A stretch of DNA of 64,000 nt from Trichosphaerium sp. ATCC 40318 (GCA_038496445.1 JALMLS010000093.1:434001-498000), one strand, 5' to 3'. Positions 12,037-25,319 are shown, numbered from the stretch's first letter. Notes: a model not told the origin generated them from the sequence alone. Program-made: numbers and translations.

Positions 12037-13710
12037 TTATTGCAAATACGAATTTTCGTTCGGACATTTTATGACGATTGGTTTTTCGAAAGGAATGTTC
12101 GACGGTTTCTCTGATTCAGGCGTGAACATACTATTCCATAACCTTGTTATTATAGTTAGTATGTGGGAAGGTTGTTTTGTTGAATAGTTACCCTAGAGCC
12201 CATCCTGCGTCTGATACTTGATTTGGATGAAAACAATCTAGATTGCTTACTAGTTTTAGGCCGTACTCAGGTGGGATGACAACTAAGAAGTTTGTCAATG
12301 ACATGTGGTATATAACGTATATGTACGGTTTGTTAGGAAAGGTTGTATTACTACTTTGAAGTCTGTGAAGAGGTATTAGTTGCTAACTTATTTTTTCTGG
12401 TTTTTTTCTGCTGAGGTACCTGTCAAGTTTTTTGCTTTCCATTCATTTACAACTTTGTAAATTCTCTTATTGTACTCGGTAATTGCCAAGTCCATAGTAA
12501 GCAAGTCCTTAGGCGTTGACATGTTCTCCTTATCAGTCATACATGGGCACTAGGAGTTAAATCAAATACGATTTTTAAACATAACAAAACCGGAAAAAAT
12601 CTCACGTACTTCCTCACGTGATACAGTATACCACATAAAGTCGCAGTAATCTGTAGTTGCAAATTTAACTACTTGTGTAATATTGAACATGGGTAGAATA
12701 TTAACAAAAGTTCTTGGTATTTGCTTGTATATTTTATCAAGTGATGTACGAAGTACCTTCTTTTGTTAGTGGTATTTTCCAATACAGAAATATTAGTGTA
12801 CTTGTTCGTAATGATCACCTCCTGCTGTCACATTACCTCCAAAATGATAACAAGATACACAAGCATCATTTGCGCCTTAAACGTTATTAATTTTTATCAC
12901 GTGACAAGACTGATACCTATCAACATAGTCATCAGTTTCCAATCTTTGTTTATATCAACAGAATTTTTGTATGTAGTATTTAATTGTCCAGTGATATAAT
13001 CAATCTGGGATGGTACAGCCTCTATTTTTGCCATGCTCTGAGCTCCATTCAAATGCGTTATCTTAGCATCCCATGGCTAAAGAAACAAATGTGAGGAAAG
13101 TTTGTTGAAGTTTAAAACCGAACCTGAATTAATCCACCTTGCCATTTGATGGCATCCAATGGTGGCGAGTCACCAATAGATGCACCAACAATATCCTTGT
13201 TATAGCGCTTTTTGGAAAGAATTTAGCTTAGGGTGGAGCGTTTAACGTTACCTTTAAAAAATTTGCGACGGTGTTAGCTCCAGGATTGCCTCCTGTTTTT
13301 CTGTTGGTTTAGGAAAGTTAACAAAAATTATCACGTGCCTACAGAAAAAACGTCTCCTCTGTACTCTACGAGGTCTAGTACATCCCAGAATTCTCCAGCG
13401 CTCATGGCAAACCCAGCACTAAGGTATAATTATGTTATTAAAAGTGATATTAGCGTATGAGAACCTTATACTATCGCCGACAGCCATAATAGCTTTGATA
13501 TTCTAAAATTCGAATGAGATTACTGAAAAAAACTTTTTTTGGTTAAAAAATGGATTGTACCCCTGGACGAAGCTTATTAATGTCATTGGCGGGTGGAGGA
13601 GTAGGTAATGAAGGACATTGGAATATTGGAAACTGAGGTGGGTTGAATTGACCTGCAGATAGTGCAATACAAAAGAATGAAACAACAAGCAACGTCGCTT
13701 GAACTTTCAT
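12037..13710 (-). CDS. Phospholipase B1-like secreted GDSL/SGNH lipase
   Basis: Signal peptide; LRPGNIKAIMAVGDS; DWKLMTMLIGxNDAC; IPRTFVN; ECPC; LDCFHPN; LWNSM. Confidence 0.9.
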
Positions 13711-13928
13711 TGTTGTTAGCTACAAAAACTTTTCTGCTGTACGGACTTAAGCGTATCGTTCAGTACATAAAAATTGAAGGAAGTGGGCTAAATATTTTGG
13801 TGTAGCTGTAATCTAGATCCTACGCTGCTATTGATGAGCAAACGATGATCAGAATTTGCACTGTTCAGTGATCTAGCGCTTGGCTATGAAACTTAACTTG
13901 AGCTATTTTAACCTTTTGGCCATCTTCT

Positions 13929-15092
13929 ATGGAACCAAAATCGAAGGCTAAACCAAGTCACAGGGACTTTAAAACCAAGTCAACAATACCTCATGTTTTA
14001 GACGTTCCAACGGAGATGCTTGCTCACCTATTCGGGTTTTTAGATATTTGTAGTCGCTTTTCCGTATCTCAAAGCTGTAAACGATTCTCAGACATCATAC
14101 ACTGCTTTATTGGTTACGACACAATCAACATTCGATCAACATCATGGTGTTCTCGCCTCTGCGGAAGCCCTCTTCTAAAAAACACAACAATAGTTTTAAA
14201 TTTACGTGAAACAACAGATGAAGACCTCGTTTGCCTTGCTGGTGTTCGTTCTCTCGAACTAGCAAATTCAAATAACCTCACAGCAAAGGGATTCAACTCT
14301 ATCAAAGGAGTTCAACACTTGAGCATCTCAAGGTGTCCAGGATTCAAAGACTCAACATTGGAATATCTTGCTAAAAACCTCAAATCTATTGGCTTGTTTC
14401 AAGTTAGTGTTAGTGATATCACTATGCTGAATGTCTGTAATGGATTCACAGTGAATGATATGAAAGCGCTTGCTGGTATACCTAAAGTGAACATTTGTTA
14501 TACTGGTGTTACAGATGAACTCTTGCATGTCTTGTCCGGAGTACATACAATTGATTTGACTTCTACATTGGTAACAGACAGCGGAGTTTCGGCATTGGCT
14601 GGAGTGCATAGTATTAAGTTAGGTCACTGTAAGTACATTACAGATTTAGGTATTTCAGCTCTGGCTGGTGTGTATGACATTCATTTACAAGGTTGCCAAC
14701 ATATTACCAACAAAGGTATTTCTTCTTTGGCTGGAGTACATACTATTAGCTTGGCATATTGTAGAGGAATTACAGATGAAGGTTTATCGGCACTAGCTGG
14801 TGTGCATACAATAGATTTAACTGGTACTCAAGTAACAGACAGAGGGGTTATGACATTGGCTGGTGTACATGAAATATGCCTTGCTGAAAATAAGGTTATC
14901 ACCCAGAGATGCATGAAAAGTCTTTCAAGTGTTCATACAATAGATATAACAGCAACGTTTGCAACAGATGACTGGCTAAGTCCGCTCACTGGATTAAAGG
15001 TATTAAGCTTAAGTATTCACAATGATTTTACTAAGGGATGCCTCAAAGATCTTAGAGATAAAGGAGTGATACTTTGTTATGACGAAACTTGA
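13929..15092 (+). CDS. Intronless F-box + leucine-rich-repeat protein
   Basis: F-box LDVPTEMLAHLFGFL...VSQSCKRF followed by LAGVHTIDL..T.VTD.G repeats; single 387-aa ORF. Confidence 0.9.
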   Translation: MEPKSKAKPSHRDFKTKSTIPHVLDVPTEMLAHLFGFLDICSRFSVSQSCKRFSDIIHCFIGYDTINIRSTSWCSRLCGSPLLKNTTIVLNLRETTDEDLVCLAGVRSLELANSNNLTAKGFNSIKGVQHLSISRCPGFKDSTLEYLAKNLKSIGLFQVSVSDITMLNVCNGFTVNDMKALAGIPKVNICYTGVTDELLHVLSGVHTIDLTSTLVTDSGVSALAGVHSIKLGHCKYITDLGISALAGVYDIHLQGCQHITNKGISSLAGVHTISLAYCRGITDEGLSALAGVHTIDLTGTQVTDRGVMTLAGVHEICLAENKVITQRCMKSLSSVHTIDITATFATDDWLSPLTGLKVLSLSIHNDFTKGCLKDLRDKGVILCYDET

Positions 15093-15116
15093 CTTACTGA
15101 ATAAACTACACTGTTT

Positions 15117-15520
15117 TTAGGGGTAGCATGCTATTTTAAGTTCAGGTTTTTGTTTGCTGCAACAGAACTGTGATTGAAGGCTTGTGGGTATGACTTGCAA
15201 GCGATAAACACCAGTAAGGGGAAGATTTTGTTTAATATTTATTGATGGTGTTGTGCGACTTCCATCTTCCCTGTATCGCCAGTAAGGCATTTGAAAATAA
15301 TATACAATTTCAGGTATAGGGTGACGGATTATTGTAAATTGTTGCACGTTACAATTCTGGCAAATAGACAATCCAAACTTATTAAGGCATAATACAAAGA
15401 CTGTATAATCTCACTACAAGCATCAAGCAGGATTTGTTTGGCTCTTTGTATGAAAAAATTGTCACAGATATTACTCGTTAATTTGCAATCTTTGAAGAAA
15501 TAGGCCGTGTACTTCACTTC
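15117..15520 (-). pseudogene. Possible degenerate LRR-like fragment
   Basis: Broken ORFs with Leu/Cys periodicity (FFKDCKLTSN, CNNLQSVTL); no consistent intron model. Confidence 0.25.
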
Positions 15521-15918
15521 AATTGTTTTTTTTAGTAATTAAATGAACAAGTCGTAGAAGCGCTGAAAAACGGTCAGAGATTACACCGGAGATCTGGTTT
15601 ACTTTCTTAGTACTCCTCTATTCTGCATCATCTTTGAGGTGTGGTAAAGTTTGAAGTCTAAGAAACTAGTTAGATTACTACAATGAGCCCAAGCAGTACT
15701 TCTATGCAGTTTACAATCATTCTCAATATGCTAGTGATGCAGTAAACATATGCTTCATTTCAACGAATTCGTGGTACCCTTCTTATGGCATTCTCATGAT
15801 TAAACGGATTTTTATAGCACGTGGGATTATGAAACCCCAAAAAAATTGTTATTATGTACATGGTTTCGTTGTTGATTAGGTATTTACATTACATTTCGTT
15901 AAAATTGTTTGTTTGCTT

Positions 15919-17638
15919 TTATAACCCAAAGGCAGAGAAAAATTTGCTTATAAGCTTATAGCGAGGTGGACATTTCTGGGCGACCAACTAAATACAAAAA
16001 GTCAGAAAACTGATTTGCTTTTTTTTTGAAAAATCAAAACTTGCCTGTGCGCCTATTCTTTTGTTTGCCATTATACGAGTTCTAAGTTCTGTTTTCCATT
16101 CAAGTTTCTTTCCAGCATTCTTGAAAGCAACAACAATAGGTTCTCCCTCGTCCAAATGAAGCGTCATACTACATTCTCTGCTAACTCTTATTAAACAAAA
16201 AAAAAAAATTGACAAAACCTCTTCATTAAGACGTACTTTGGTACTACTTTTATGCTATCATCTACTCTATCTGATATTGTATCTATATTTGTGAATAATA
16301 TCTCCATCTTCGGCGTATGTGACTCTTTATCATGGTATATGCGCATGTAATTGTTTGACAATTCACACCATCTTTGCTTTGTTTTTTTTGTTGTACAATA
16401 AAATATTTTACCAGAGTAAACTAAACAGCGATAAGTCCCATGTGTTGTTTTACAAGTGTTAACGTACTCTCTGATTTATCCATTGCACTTATCATTACGT
16501 TTGCAGCCCAGTCATATAGTTTCAGCCATGCTATCTCGAGAGCTTTGGACCACTAAAGACAAGTCAGAAAATAGAACATCAAAAAAAAAAAAAAAAAAGG
16601 GAAAGTTGTTCGTCTTTAAAGCTTACTTTATCGCCCAAGCAGTTTTTTAAACTAAGAGAGTATGATACGCGCATTGTAGCAAAATAGGACTTCTTAACTC
16701 CGTATATACGGTGGGTTACACCTAAAGAAAATAAATAAATCATTATTGATTATTCTGTTTATCCTTACCAAGTTCTTTCGCTGTAGCATGGAACGCAATA
16801 GGATCATTTATTACCTTGACAAACCGGCCAAGCATTTTACCAAAGCTAACGGCTAAAATAGACACCTTTCTATTTTGAAAAGGCCCACGTGTATTAGGGT
16901 CGAGAGAGAACATTGTAGTATACAAACTCCTACAAAAACCGAAAAAATCAGATTAAGACAAATAACCAGTTCGTTTCGCAATTCTAAAATTAAGTCATAC
17001 GCACGTGGTAAATTTCGTAAGACGAGATTCATATTCTGTATCCTTCATGCTCGATGTATCCATTAACCAATCATATGCATCAAGGATGAGTTTTTTTTCT
17101 TTTTCCGAAATATCAGGCGTATGAGAAGTCATTGAAGACACAGACGATATAGACATTGACATATCACGCCCACATAGTCCTTTATCCATAGAACCACTTG
17201 TGTTATATTTTCGTGATATAACAATTAAGTGTCTTTGTACAACAATAGGGAGCTGAAGGCCTTTGATATCACTGGGCGTTATCCTAAAGACAAATCGTAA
17301 GAATTGATTTTACGTATTTTAATTTTTTTTTATTTTTGACGTTTCTCGAAAAGGCACAACACGCGTACCTTGCCAAATGACTTAGTCTAGTAATTAAGTT
17401 TTGTTCTAGCTTGTCTACAATATGTTTAATTTCCTTTTTCTTGTGTTTCACTTTGAGCTCAGAAAATAAATCTGTTATTATATCAGTCATAGGCGTTTCA
17501 GGATCTAAATCTAACGCGTTACGAGTTAGTATGATCACGTTTTCAAAAATACTTTAACTTCAATTTATAAGAGCCCGTATTCGTACCATAGAGATCTGGT
17601 TGGTCTTTAGACCATTTAGATAAGTACGGGCAGGTCAT
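15919..17638 (-). CDS. SAM-like + globin + PH domain fusion protein (8 exons)
   Basis: SAM-like: IVDKLEQNLITRLSHLARITPSDIKGLQLP. Globin: FTTSLYTTMFSLDPNTRGPF...ELGVTHRIYGVKKSYF...WSKALEIAWLKLYDWAANVM. PH: YSGKIF...LSNNYMRIYHD...PKMEILF...AFKNAGKKLEWKTEL. Confidence 0.85.
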
Positions 17639-18424
17639 TCTTTAAGATGTGCGGTCGTTATTGTAAGTTTCCGAGTTTTTGAATTTTATTTTTTTGCGTT
17701 AAGTTTTGCGCTTTTTTGTTCGAGTGTACCACGTGCCTTAAATAAGTGAAATGACTTTCCTCGTTCTTATGAATTACTCCGTCTATATCGGTTCTATACC
17801 CTCAAATTGGCTACATTTTGGCTCAACGTAAATCCGTAAGAAATGACTTCGCATAATGGACACGTTGAGATGTGATTTCTTGTTCTTGAAATGCGAGTCA
17901 TTCATTTCTCGTGGCACTGCAAAGACTTCAAAAAAGCCTTCACAACCCCAAAATATAACCCTAATCTGGCGTTTTATTTTAGTTTTAAAAGTATGTGACG
18001 ACTGTGTACTTCAGGTATTAACAATTTTACCGATGGTTTTACCTCGAGTTACCTACATGTATAATCGCCTTTGGGATAGCTAAGAATGATTTTTACTGTT
18101 AGCAGAAGAACTATGCATACCTCTCTTTACACTCATTAACAATCTCAACAGCATGATGAAGTACGTAGCTATAGTTGAGTGATAGTTAAAGAGGATAAAA
18201 CGCAATTCGCGAATTGGTAAGATAAGAAAATCAACGTTTCATTTATTTTATCCGGTTGGCGTAACTCGCATCACGATGCTTCTAACAGTGATTTAGGATT
18301 TTCTTGACTTATAACAATCATTACGTACACATTCATAACATGGGCCCAAAAAAGCGCGTCGCGAGATAGTTGTTTTTGCGTTCAGTAAGTTGCAAGCAAA
18401 GTGCCAAGTTTTTTTTGTGTTCGT

Positions 18425-19055
18425 TTATTTTTTCTTTAAATCCATTTTGTAATGCTCTATTGTTCCTGGTTTAAACCCTAAAGCATTGAGTTGACCAGCA
18501 GCTCGGATCTTTTTCGTTTCCATCTTTTTCTCGTGCATAGCAAGTCCTACGAAACAACCATTAGGATCCAACATAAAGCGTTCTTTGTAGTTACGAAATG
18601 AATAAAAAAAATAGTACGAACGTTTGGGGTTATCTTCAAAGTTGACCATCCAAAAGCGCTCCAACCCAGGGAAGAATAATAACTTAGCTCTCATTTTATC
18701 AATGCCATAAATGCGTTGGAGTAAAGTTATCGCTGGAACCTCCTCTATCATGCCTTCAACGCCAGGAATAATGCCATCTGAAATAGGTAAAAAACCTGTG
18801 TAAGAAAGTTTCTTCCTATCCCAAGTCGCGCATGTATTCCAAGGTGTTGTGGTACCGGTAGCGTTTGTCTTTGTTGTTTTATTATATTCGTGACCTACCA
18901 GAGCAACTCCCACTACAAGAGTATCATCCTTAAAGCAAACACAAGTTAGTAAAAACAGAGAATGTTAGAGGCGAAAATAATGTAAGATTTTGTACATCTA
19001 GTTGCTCCAAAGCTTGGTCGTAAACGTCTTTCTCAAGTTTAATTTCAATCGACAT
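18425..19055 (-). CDS. Hypothetical protein (2 exons)
   Basis: MSIEIKLEKDVYDQALEQLD splices (GT-AG) onto the long ORF ending at 18425; no recognisable motif. Confidence 0.6.
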
Positions 19056-19790
19056 GTATGTTATATATTGAACGTTTGGGTGCTCCACTGTAGCCAATAA
19101 TAATCTACCGTTGGCAATAAATATTTTTCTACCTACACGTGGCGCACGTGCACAAAAACTTTCTGTCCCAACAAAAAAAAACCACTAAGATTTAACGATA
19201 CCCGTTTAGTGCTGGTGTTACGTAATAGAACGAGGTGCCAGAGTGTACAGACCAAGGTGCAATCGGTACAATTCTGAGTTTTTGGTCTTGAGCTAGTTTA
19301 TAATCGTTCACGGCAGTTCTAAGGGAATCAGTAACCGCAACAAAGATGAATACTTTCAAGAATGGTAAGAAATTAAATTTGTGTCTTGAGATCGAGTGTT
19401 ACTCACGTTACATCTTCCATTAGCTCTTTGTTTTCTGCTTGTACAGCTATTAGAACCTCTTTGAAGTTAAATAAAACGACTTATCGGGTTCATACTGTAT
19501 TAACAAGCTCAAAAGAGCGTGAAACGAACGCCATCAACTTCTTAACGTCTAAATCAGGGTTACACGACATTATTATTAAAATTAGCCTTGTTTCCGTTTT
19601 ATAAACCGTTAAACATACCAGAACCATCGTTTAACGATTTAGGCGTTCTAAAAATACGTGTACAAATCGCAGCAGCGCTAGCAACACCCGACATCTTCGC
19701 AGGTTGTTGACGAATGTTGAAAATCCAAAAAAAAAAAATGGGATTAAACAAGAATCATTTACTGAAAAATAAATCGCTTTCTTACGGATT

Positions 19791-20633
19791 TCACTTTAAT
19801 ACACAAAGTCCGTCAGGTCCGATAATCTTAGTCATATCTGTAACTACATCTTGAGCAGCCTCTAGAGGTGTTTTAGTTCCTATAGAAGAAGTCCAAACAG
19901 AAACAGCGCGAATGGAACATTTGGCAGATCTATTTAAATGTTCCATTGCTTCCTCAAAGTTGGTTGCACCGAAAGGATCCATCCTAACCATTGCTGCTTG
20001 GAGTGTCTCGTTTTTGGTCTTTTGAGCGTCCTCCACGCTTGCAGTAACCATACCGCCCCATTGATCATTACATGTTTGTATTTGGTCCTTGGTTACTGGT
20101 GTTGCATTACAGGCTTTAACTGAAGAAGTCATGAAATCTAGAACGGCTTCATCCATTTCAGTCGAAATTTTCACTGGACCTCCATACAAAGCGTGTATCA
20201 CTGTGGCATCTATAGCATTCATAAAAGCCCATCCACGTATCCAGTAAGGAAGCTTAGATCCGATATAAGCATTAGGAGTGAAAAAAGCCGGTGTATCGGC
20301 GAGTATGTGGTTGGCGTATCCCAAAGAGAAGTCTATTAATTTCTGGTCACCTTGTTCAAGAGCAATTTTGTACTGACAACCGGCGAATACAATGTTATGT
20401 AATCCGGCTAGTCCTACGCACTTTGATCCTTGATAATATTCTCCGAAGAAGAATGCATCAGGTAGGTAAGCTCCTAGAACAAGTTCTGGACGAGAATTTT
20501 GGCTTATACAATCTTGAGGGTTGGAATTGTCAGCGTTGGTTTCGCACGCGATTAAGGTGTGATATACGGGTCCCCAAGCGATAGAAACGACTATTAGAGA
20601 TAAGAAAACTATAGAAACATGTATATTTAACAT
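19791..20633 (-). CDS. Intronless secreted zinc-dependent phospholipase C/P1-nuclease-fold protein
   Basis: Signal peptide followed by mature N-terminal WGPVYH, then GAYLPDAF, LH and GYANHILAD (zinc-ligand pattern W..H, D, H, HxxxD). Confidence 0.75.
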   Translation of the reverse strand: MLNIHVSIVFLSLIVVSIAWGPVYHTLIACETNADNSNPQDCISQNSRPELVLGAYLPDAFFFGEYYQGSKCVGLAGLHNIVFAGCQYKIALEQGDQKLIDFSLGYANHILADTPAFFTPNAYIGSKLPYWIRGWAFMNAIDATVIHALYGGPVKISTEMDEAVLDFMTSSVKACNATPVTKDQIQTCNDQWGGMVTASVEDAQKTKNETLQAAMVRMDPFGATNFEEAMEHLNRSAKCSIRAVSVWTSSIGTKTPLEAAQDVVTDMTKIIGPDGLCVLK

Positions 20634-21013
20634 TGTAGGGCAGACTAATATTTGCTGGGCTTCTACTACCCAATGAAAACAAGATTAGCTCTACTGAAAG
20701 TACAAAAAATAAAGGTGACTTAATCAGTGAATATGACTGAATGCTGCCGAACGAATTCGTCATTTACATCATATTTTACACTTTTAGAAAGTTCTCTATT
20801 ACGAAGTATGACTTATTGTAAGCGTTTACAATATTTTTTTACGAGTGTAGAGGTATGCGTAATGAGAGAAAGTTCGTGTCTTTTTTCTTTGGTTTTTTAC
20901 AACTTTTCTTTTGGTGCGCGAATCGTCAATTTTGGTAACTACCTACGACACTGTGATAAGAATATTTTGGTGAGTTTCTTAATATGTGTATCAGCTATAA
21001 TTAAAAAAAACAC

Positions 21014-24000
21014 TTACAAGTCAAGAGGAGAAAACTCTTGTTGGAGTTTCTTATCTTCTTTCTTTTTTGGTTTTTCCAATGAAAATTTCTCGATTGTACA
21101 AGTTGGGTTTGCTTCATAGTATTGATCAATAGCTTTGAATAAAGATTGTTGACCTTTTCAAATAATGGTTAGGTAATGGGAAATGAACGAGAGGTCAACG
21201 AACCACTTCCAAGCTTATTATTTGAAAAAACGAAAGAAACATTCGTTTTATCATTTGTATCACGTGGTTTTAATGTTTTTAGTTCTTCACTAGATTCGTC
21301 TTTTTTTATGATACCAACAACAAAACTAGATAAATCTATAGTATGGACAGGTACGGAGTTTGTATGCGAAAGACAAAAATACATTTGTCTTTTTGTTGCA
21401 GACATTGTCAAAAAATATGTTTGCCAACCGATGTAATGACGTTCACCTTATTTGTAAATAACAGCGTTAGTTAATAATAATACAAGTGGTTTTACTTACC
21501 TTTCTTGGAAGGTATACCAATATTGCACTCAGAGTATCCCATGAACAAAGGTTTTTTTTCTTCATGTGTTTCTAAATCTTCCCTATTCAATGCTAGGTTG
21601 TGAACTTCAGCATTCTACATCATTTAAGTAAGGTTATTTATAATTATAACTTCCAAGGCGTTTCTTAAAAAGTACTAAACTGTGTAGTTTAATATAAATA
21701 CCTTTGGGAGCATTTGAAGACCACGAAATGCTTTAAGCCATAAAAACTTTTCTACTTTTGAAGACGTTCCAACAATAAAAGCTCTCTTTATGCTTTTAAC
21801 TACCTAAATCAACACATGTTAGGCAAGAATTAATACTTAGTATTAGACCTGCGTACCATTAAGAAACTATCTGAGATGCCACAAATATCAGGAAGGTCAC
21901 AAACAACAATGTTATTAGTTGTAAAATGAGCAATTGCCAAGTATGGTTTTTTATGATCTCGCTTGATGTCCTTACAGATAAGCAAACAATCATTAAATAA
22001 GAATAATCTTCTTTTGACCCGCTTGTGTGGTGTAAGTTCTCCTGCTATCAGTACTGCGCCAGTCTTAACAACAAATCGAGACACGTTATCTTTGAACTAC
22101 AGAAAACAGATGAGAAAAAAATGAGAATGTGCAAAACTATTGATTTGTTGTTTTGGCCCAAACGGTTTTTGAATTTTTCGCAAAGGTTTATACTAACAGA
22201 TTGCGCTTACTACAGGAGGAGCAGTATTTCGCATTTCAAATATCACACGTGAAGGTAACAAGTTCTATTTGAAAAAATCATTTTTGAATAAATTTGTTCT
22301 TCAAAAGAGCGTACAGAGGGCAAATCTACAGCATCTATTTTTTCAAGTAGTTTCACTGTATTAAGCCTTGATTGTGATATAAGCTTTAAAGCTTGTCCTC
22401 TTGGTTTTGATATGCTATCCAACTCTAGAAAAGATACATTAGCCTAACTAATAATATTAAATAAATTCCTAAAGATTACCTTTTAGAAACGACTTGTATT
22501 CAGGAGTGACAACTAGCTGTAAGTTCTAAAGAAAGTAAATAATATTACACTAATTTGTATCAGTCACCCTGGCCAGCCGTGTGAAATCGTCAATATAAGT
22601 GTGGAGATTGCACCTAAACAATATTTGTCGGTTGTTAATAAATTTTTGTACATACAAAATGCCTACGAATGTCACGTTCAGACCTATTTAAGCAGTTAAT
22701 CAGACTAAGCTATTGACTAAAAGGTGTACCTTTTCGTTTCCATGCAGGGCCAAACATAGACTCCCAGCTGCTAAAATCTCCTTGAAGCGTATGTTGAGAA
22801 TGCTAAAAAGAAATTATACCTCTGAACCTTTGCAACTCTTACTCATACCATTATATCTTTGTGTATCGAGCTATCCATACTCCCTATAATCTCATATAAC
22901 TTTAAAGCGTCGAAATGTTTATGACATTCAAATGCTTTGCTTCCTATTTCAACAAGAGCACGCCAAACATTTTTTCCTCCTGATTCAATCAAATGATCTC
23001 TTGTGTTTTTTTAGCGCCTTGTACTATTAATAATACGTACGATAGAGCTTGAACAATAGTCTGTGTTAACGCTCTCATGTCTTTTAATTGTTCTAACGCC
23101 TTGCGAAGTTCTTCAGAAGCGAGTTTTGCCGCGAAAATTGGATACAAATACTTTCTAAGCATGATACTTAATGTTCTTATGTGACCTTCCTGGAAAGCCA
23201 TAAGAGCTTTATAGCTTCTCTTTAACTTATCCATCGGATCTGTTGAATCAGTGCCATTATTAACTTCTTTGGATTCATGACTTGTGCTAGCACTAGAATA
23301 CTTCTTCTTCGAAAAATACCCTGCAATAAAATCACTAAACTCCTTATTCTCTTTCTTTTTTTCAATGCTAAGCAAACGATCCTTATCTTTTTGTGATACA
23401 ACAGCACCATCTAAATATCAGTAAGATTTTTATACGCTATAAAATACATTGAAAATATCACGTGACATGGCGCCAAACTCGTTTCAAGTAGAAATTAGGT
23501 AGTTTTCGATAAAGTGCCTTTTGAATCAATGCGTACATGTCATAAGGAGCTGTATTTTCTTGTATGAAGTATTGTCGATTGCAATATCAAAAGGAGAATT
23601 ATCTTTACTATCTTTGTAATTTGGATTCGCCCCATTCTGTAACAAGAACTGCACTACTGTATCAACGCTTTACTTCAATGTAAGCAGCCAAGAAATAAAA
23701 GCAAGGGCATACCTATAAGACACCGCATAATGTAGTGGTGTTTGTCCAAGTGTGGTAGGTGAATTGACATGCTGCGTCAAATCTAAGGCATCAAGATCCT
23801 CAGCAGAGAACAGCTAGATCCGAGTTAGCATGTCTTGTCTCAGAGTCCGAGAGTTACCATTACTCCGATAGCTTGAAACATTTTAAGCTCCAAGTATTCT
23901 CTATCTTGACATTTCATTATATAGTGAAGCGCTGTTTGTCCTTGCTGACCTATTCGACGTCAATCAGGTTTTTCTGCTGTTGTAGCTGTAAATCGTACCT

Positions 24001-24433
24001 TGAGCTTTCTCAGAGAAACACTGACATCCCTCACTTGCCAATAAGTACACTGTTTGAGGCTTCCCTAAATAAGACGTTAACTTTAGTCAGAAAAGCTTTT
24101 TATTGAAGGTTTAGTACTGTAATACGCCGCCCAGAGTACTAAAGGCCATTCCTACAACGAAGTCAATATTTTCAATACGACGTCGCTTGTAATCACGTGC
24201 AGATTCAACAGCATCGTAATCTAATCGATTTGGTTGGCGTAAGAGAACAGCTAGTGATTGTACGCTCTCTTTTGTTTCATCTTCATCACAAACGATCCTC
24301 TCGAGCTCCTAGCGATAGAATTGAGCGTTTATAGCTGGCGGAGAACCTTTTTTCCACTTTTAAATTGTTTACATACAGCTTGTAATGCTCTGTGTTCTGA
24401 ACGCACGTTCCAAGCTATTTGTGCGAACGACAT
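21014..24433 (-). CDS. Ankyrin + RhoGEF (DH)-like + two PH domains protein
   Basis: Ankyrin: WPLVLWAAYY, GQTPLHYAVS, LLQNGANPN. DH-like: ALMAFQEGHIRTLSIMLRKYLYP. PH1: RFVVKTG...RRLFLFNDCLLICK. PH2: FMGY...WQTYFLTM...PVHTIDL. Confidence 0.8.
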
Positions 24434-24572
24434 TGTATTTGTAACAAAAGAGTCAGAAAACTCGTTTTACTTTTTCAGCAATCACGTGATATTAATGCCA
24501 AACAAAAAATAGGTCAACTACTATGGTCCTTACTTATTGCACTTGAGATTTAGTAGTGTCTACTATACAAAC

Positions 24573-25000
24573 CATGCATTTAATATGTGAAGCGCATGTT
24601 GCAAGATCTTTACTAGGCACAATCAATACTAAACTTACAACATTCTCATCATGAGCAAATATTTCGTACTTAGTATCATACAACGGAATGTGTTCGGAAG
24701 ATAATACATCTTGGCCAATAAGTTCTGATAGTACAAAAACGGAGCTATCTACAATTCTTCTAAACTAACCAAGTCCTTATAGAGGTCTTCAATTGAGACA
24801 TCTCGCCTGAACAATGCCACTACATTGCTTCAAAGCTCGCTACCATATAAACAAGGTTTGGTATCTTAGCAAGCAGGCGAGCTTGCTTTGGACAGCATTC
24901 CAATTGAACATATTTTGATAATCTTTGGTAAGATAACGGTTGCAAGTCACTAGTACTAGTACAAGATATTAGACCGAGTACATACGATAACAACACTTGC
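24573..25000 (+). pseudogene. Possible decayed coding remnant
   Basis: Coding-like composition with frequent stops and no workable intron model. Confidence 0.2.
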
Positions 25001-25319
25001 GTGTAAATTATTCAACAGGGACGTAGCAATTTGGTGAGAAGGCATGGAGTATTTTTGGAGACTTGTTCCATGTGAACCAACAATGATTAGGGTGAGTGCT
25101 TTAAACAGCGTCTTTGTCCCAAAAAAGTGTAAAAGTAATTGCAACAGCACAAACGGCTCAAGCTGAAAAACTGAAGTCTGTCGACTTATCCAACAAACAG
25201 AAGACCTAGTGGACTGCTTCTTTTCCACCACTATTAAGAACTATTAATAGACCAAAGTCATTTTTGGCCAGCAAGCTCGTAATGGCACAAAACGAAGACT
25301 CTTTTTCAATAAAAAGGGT

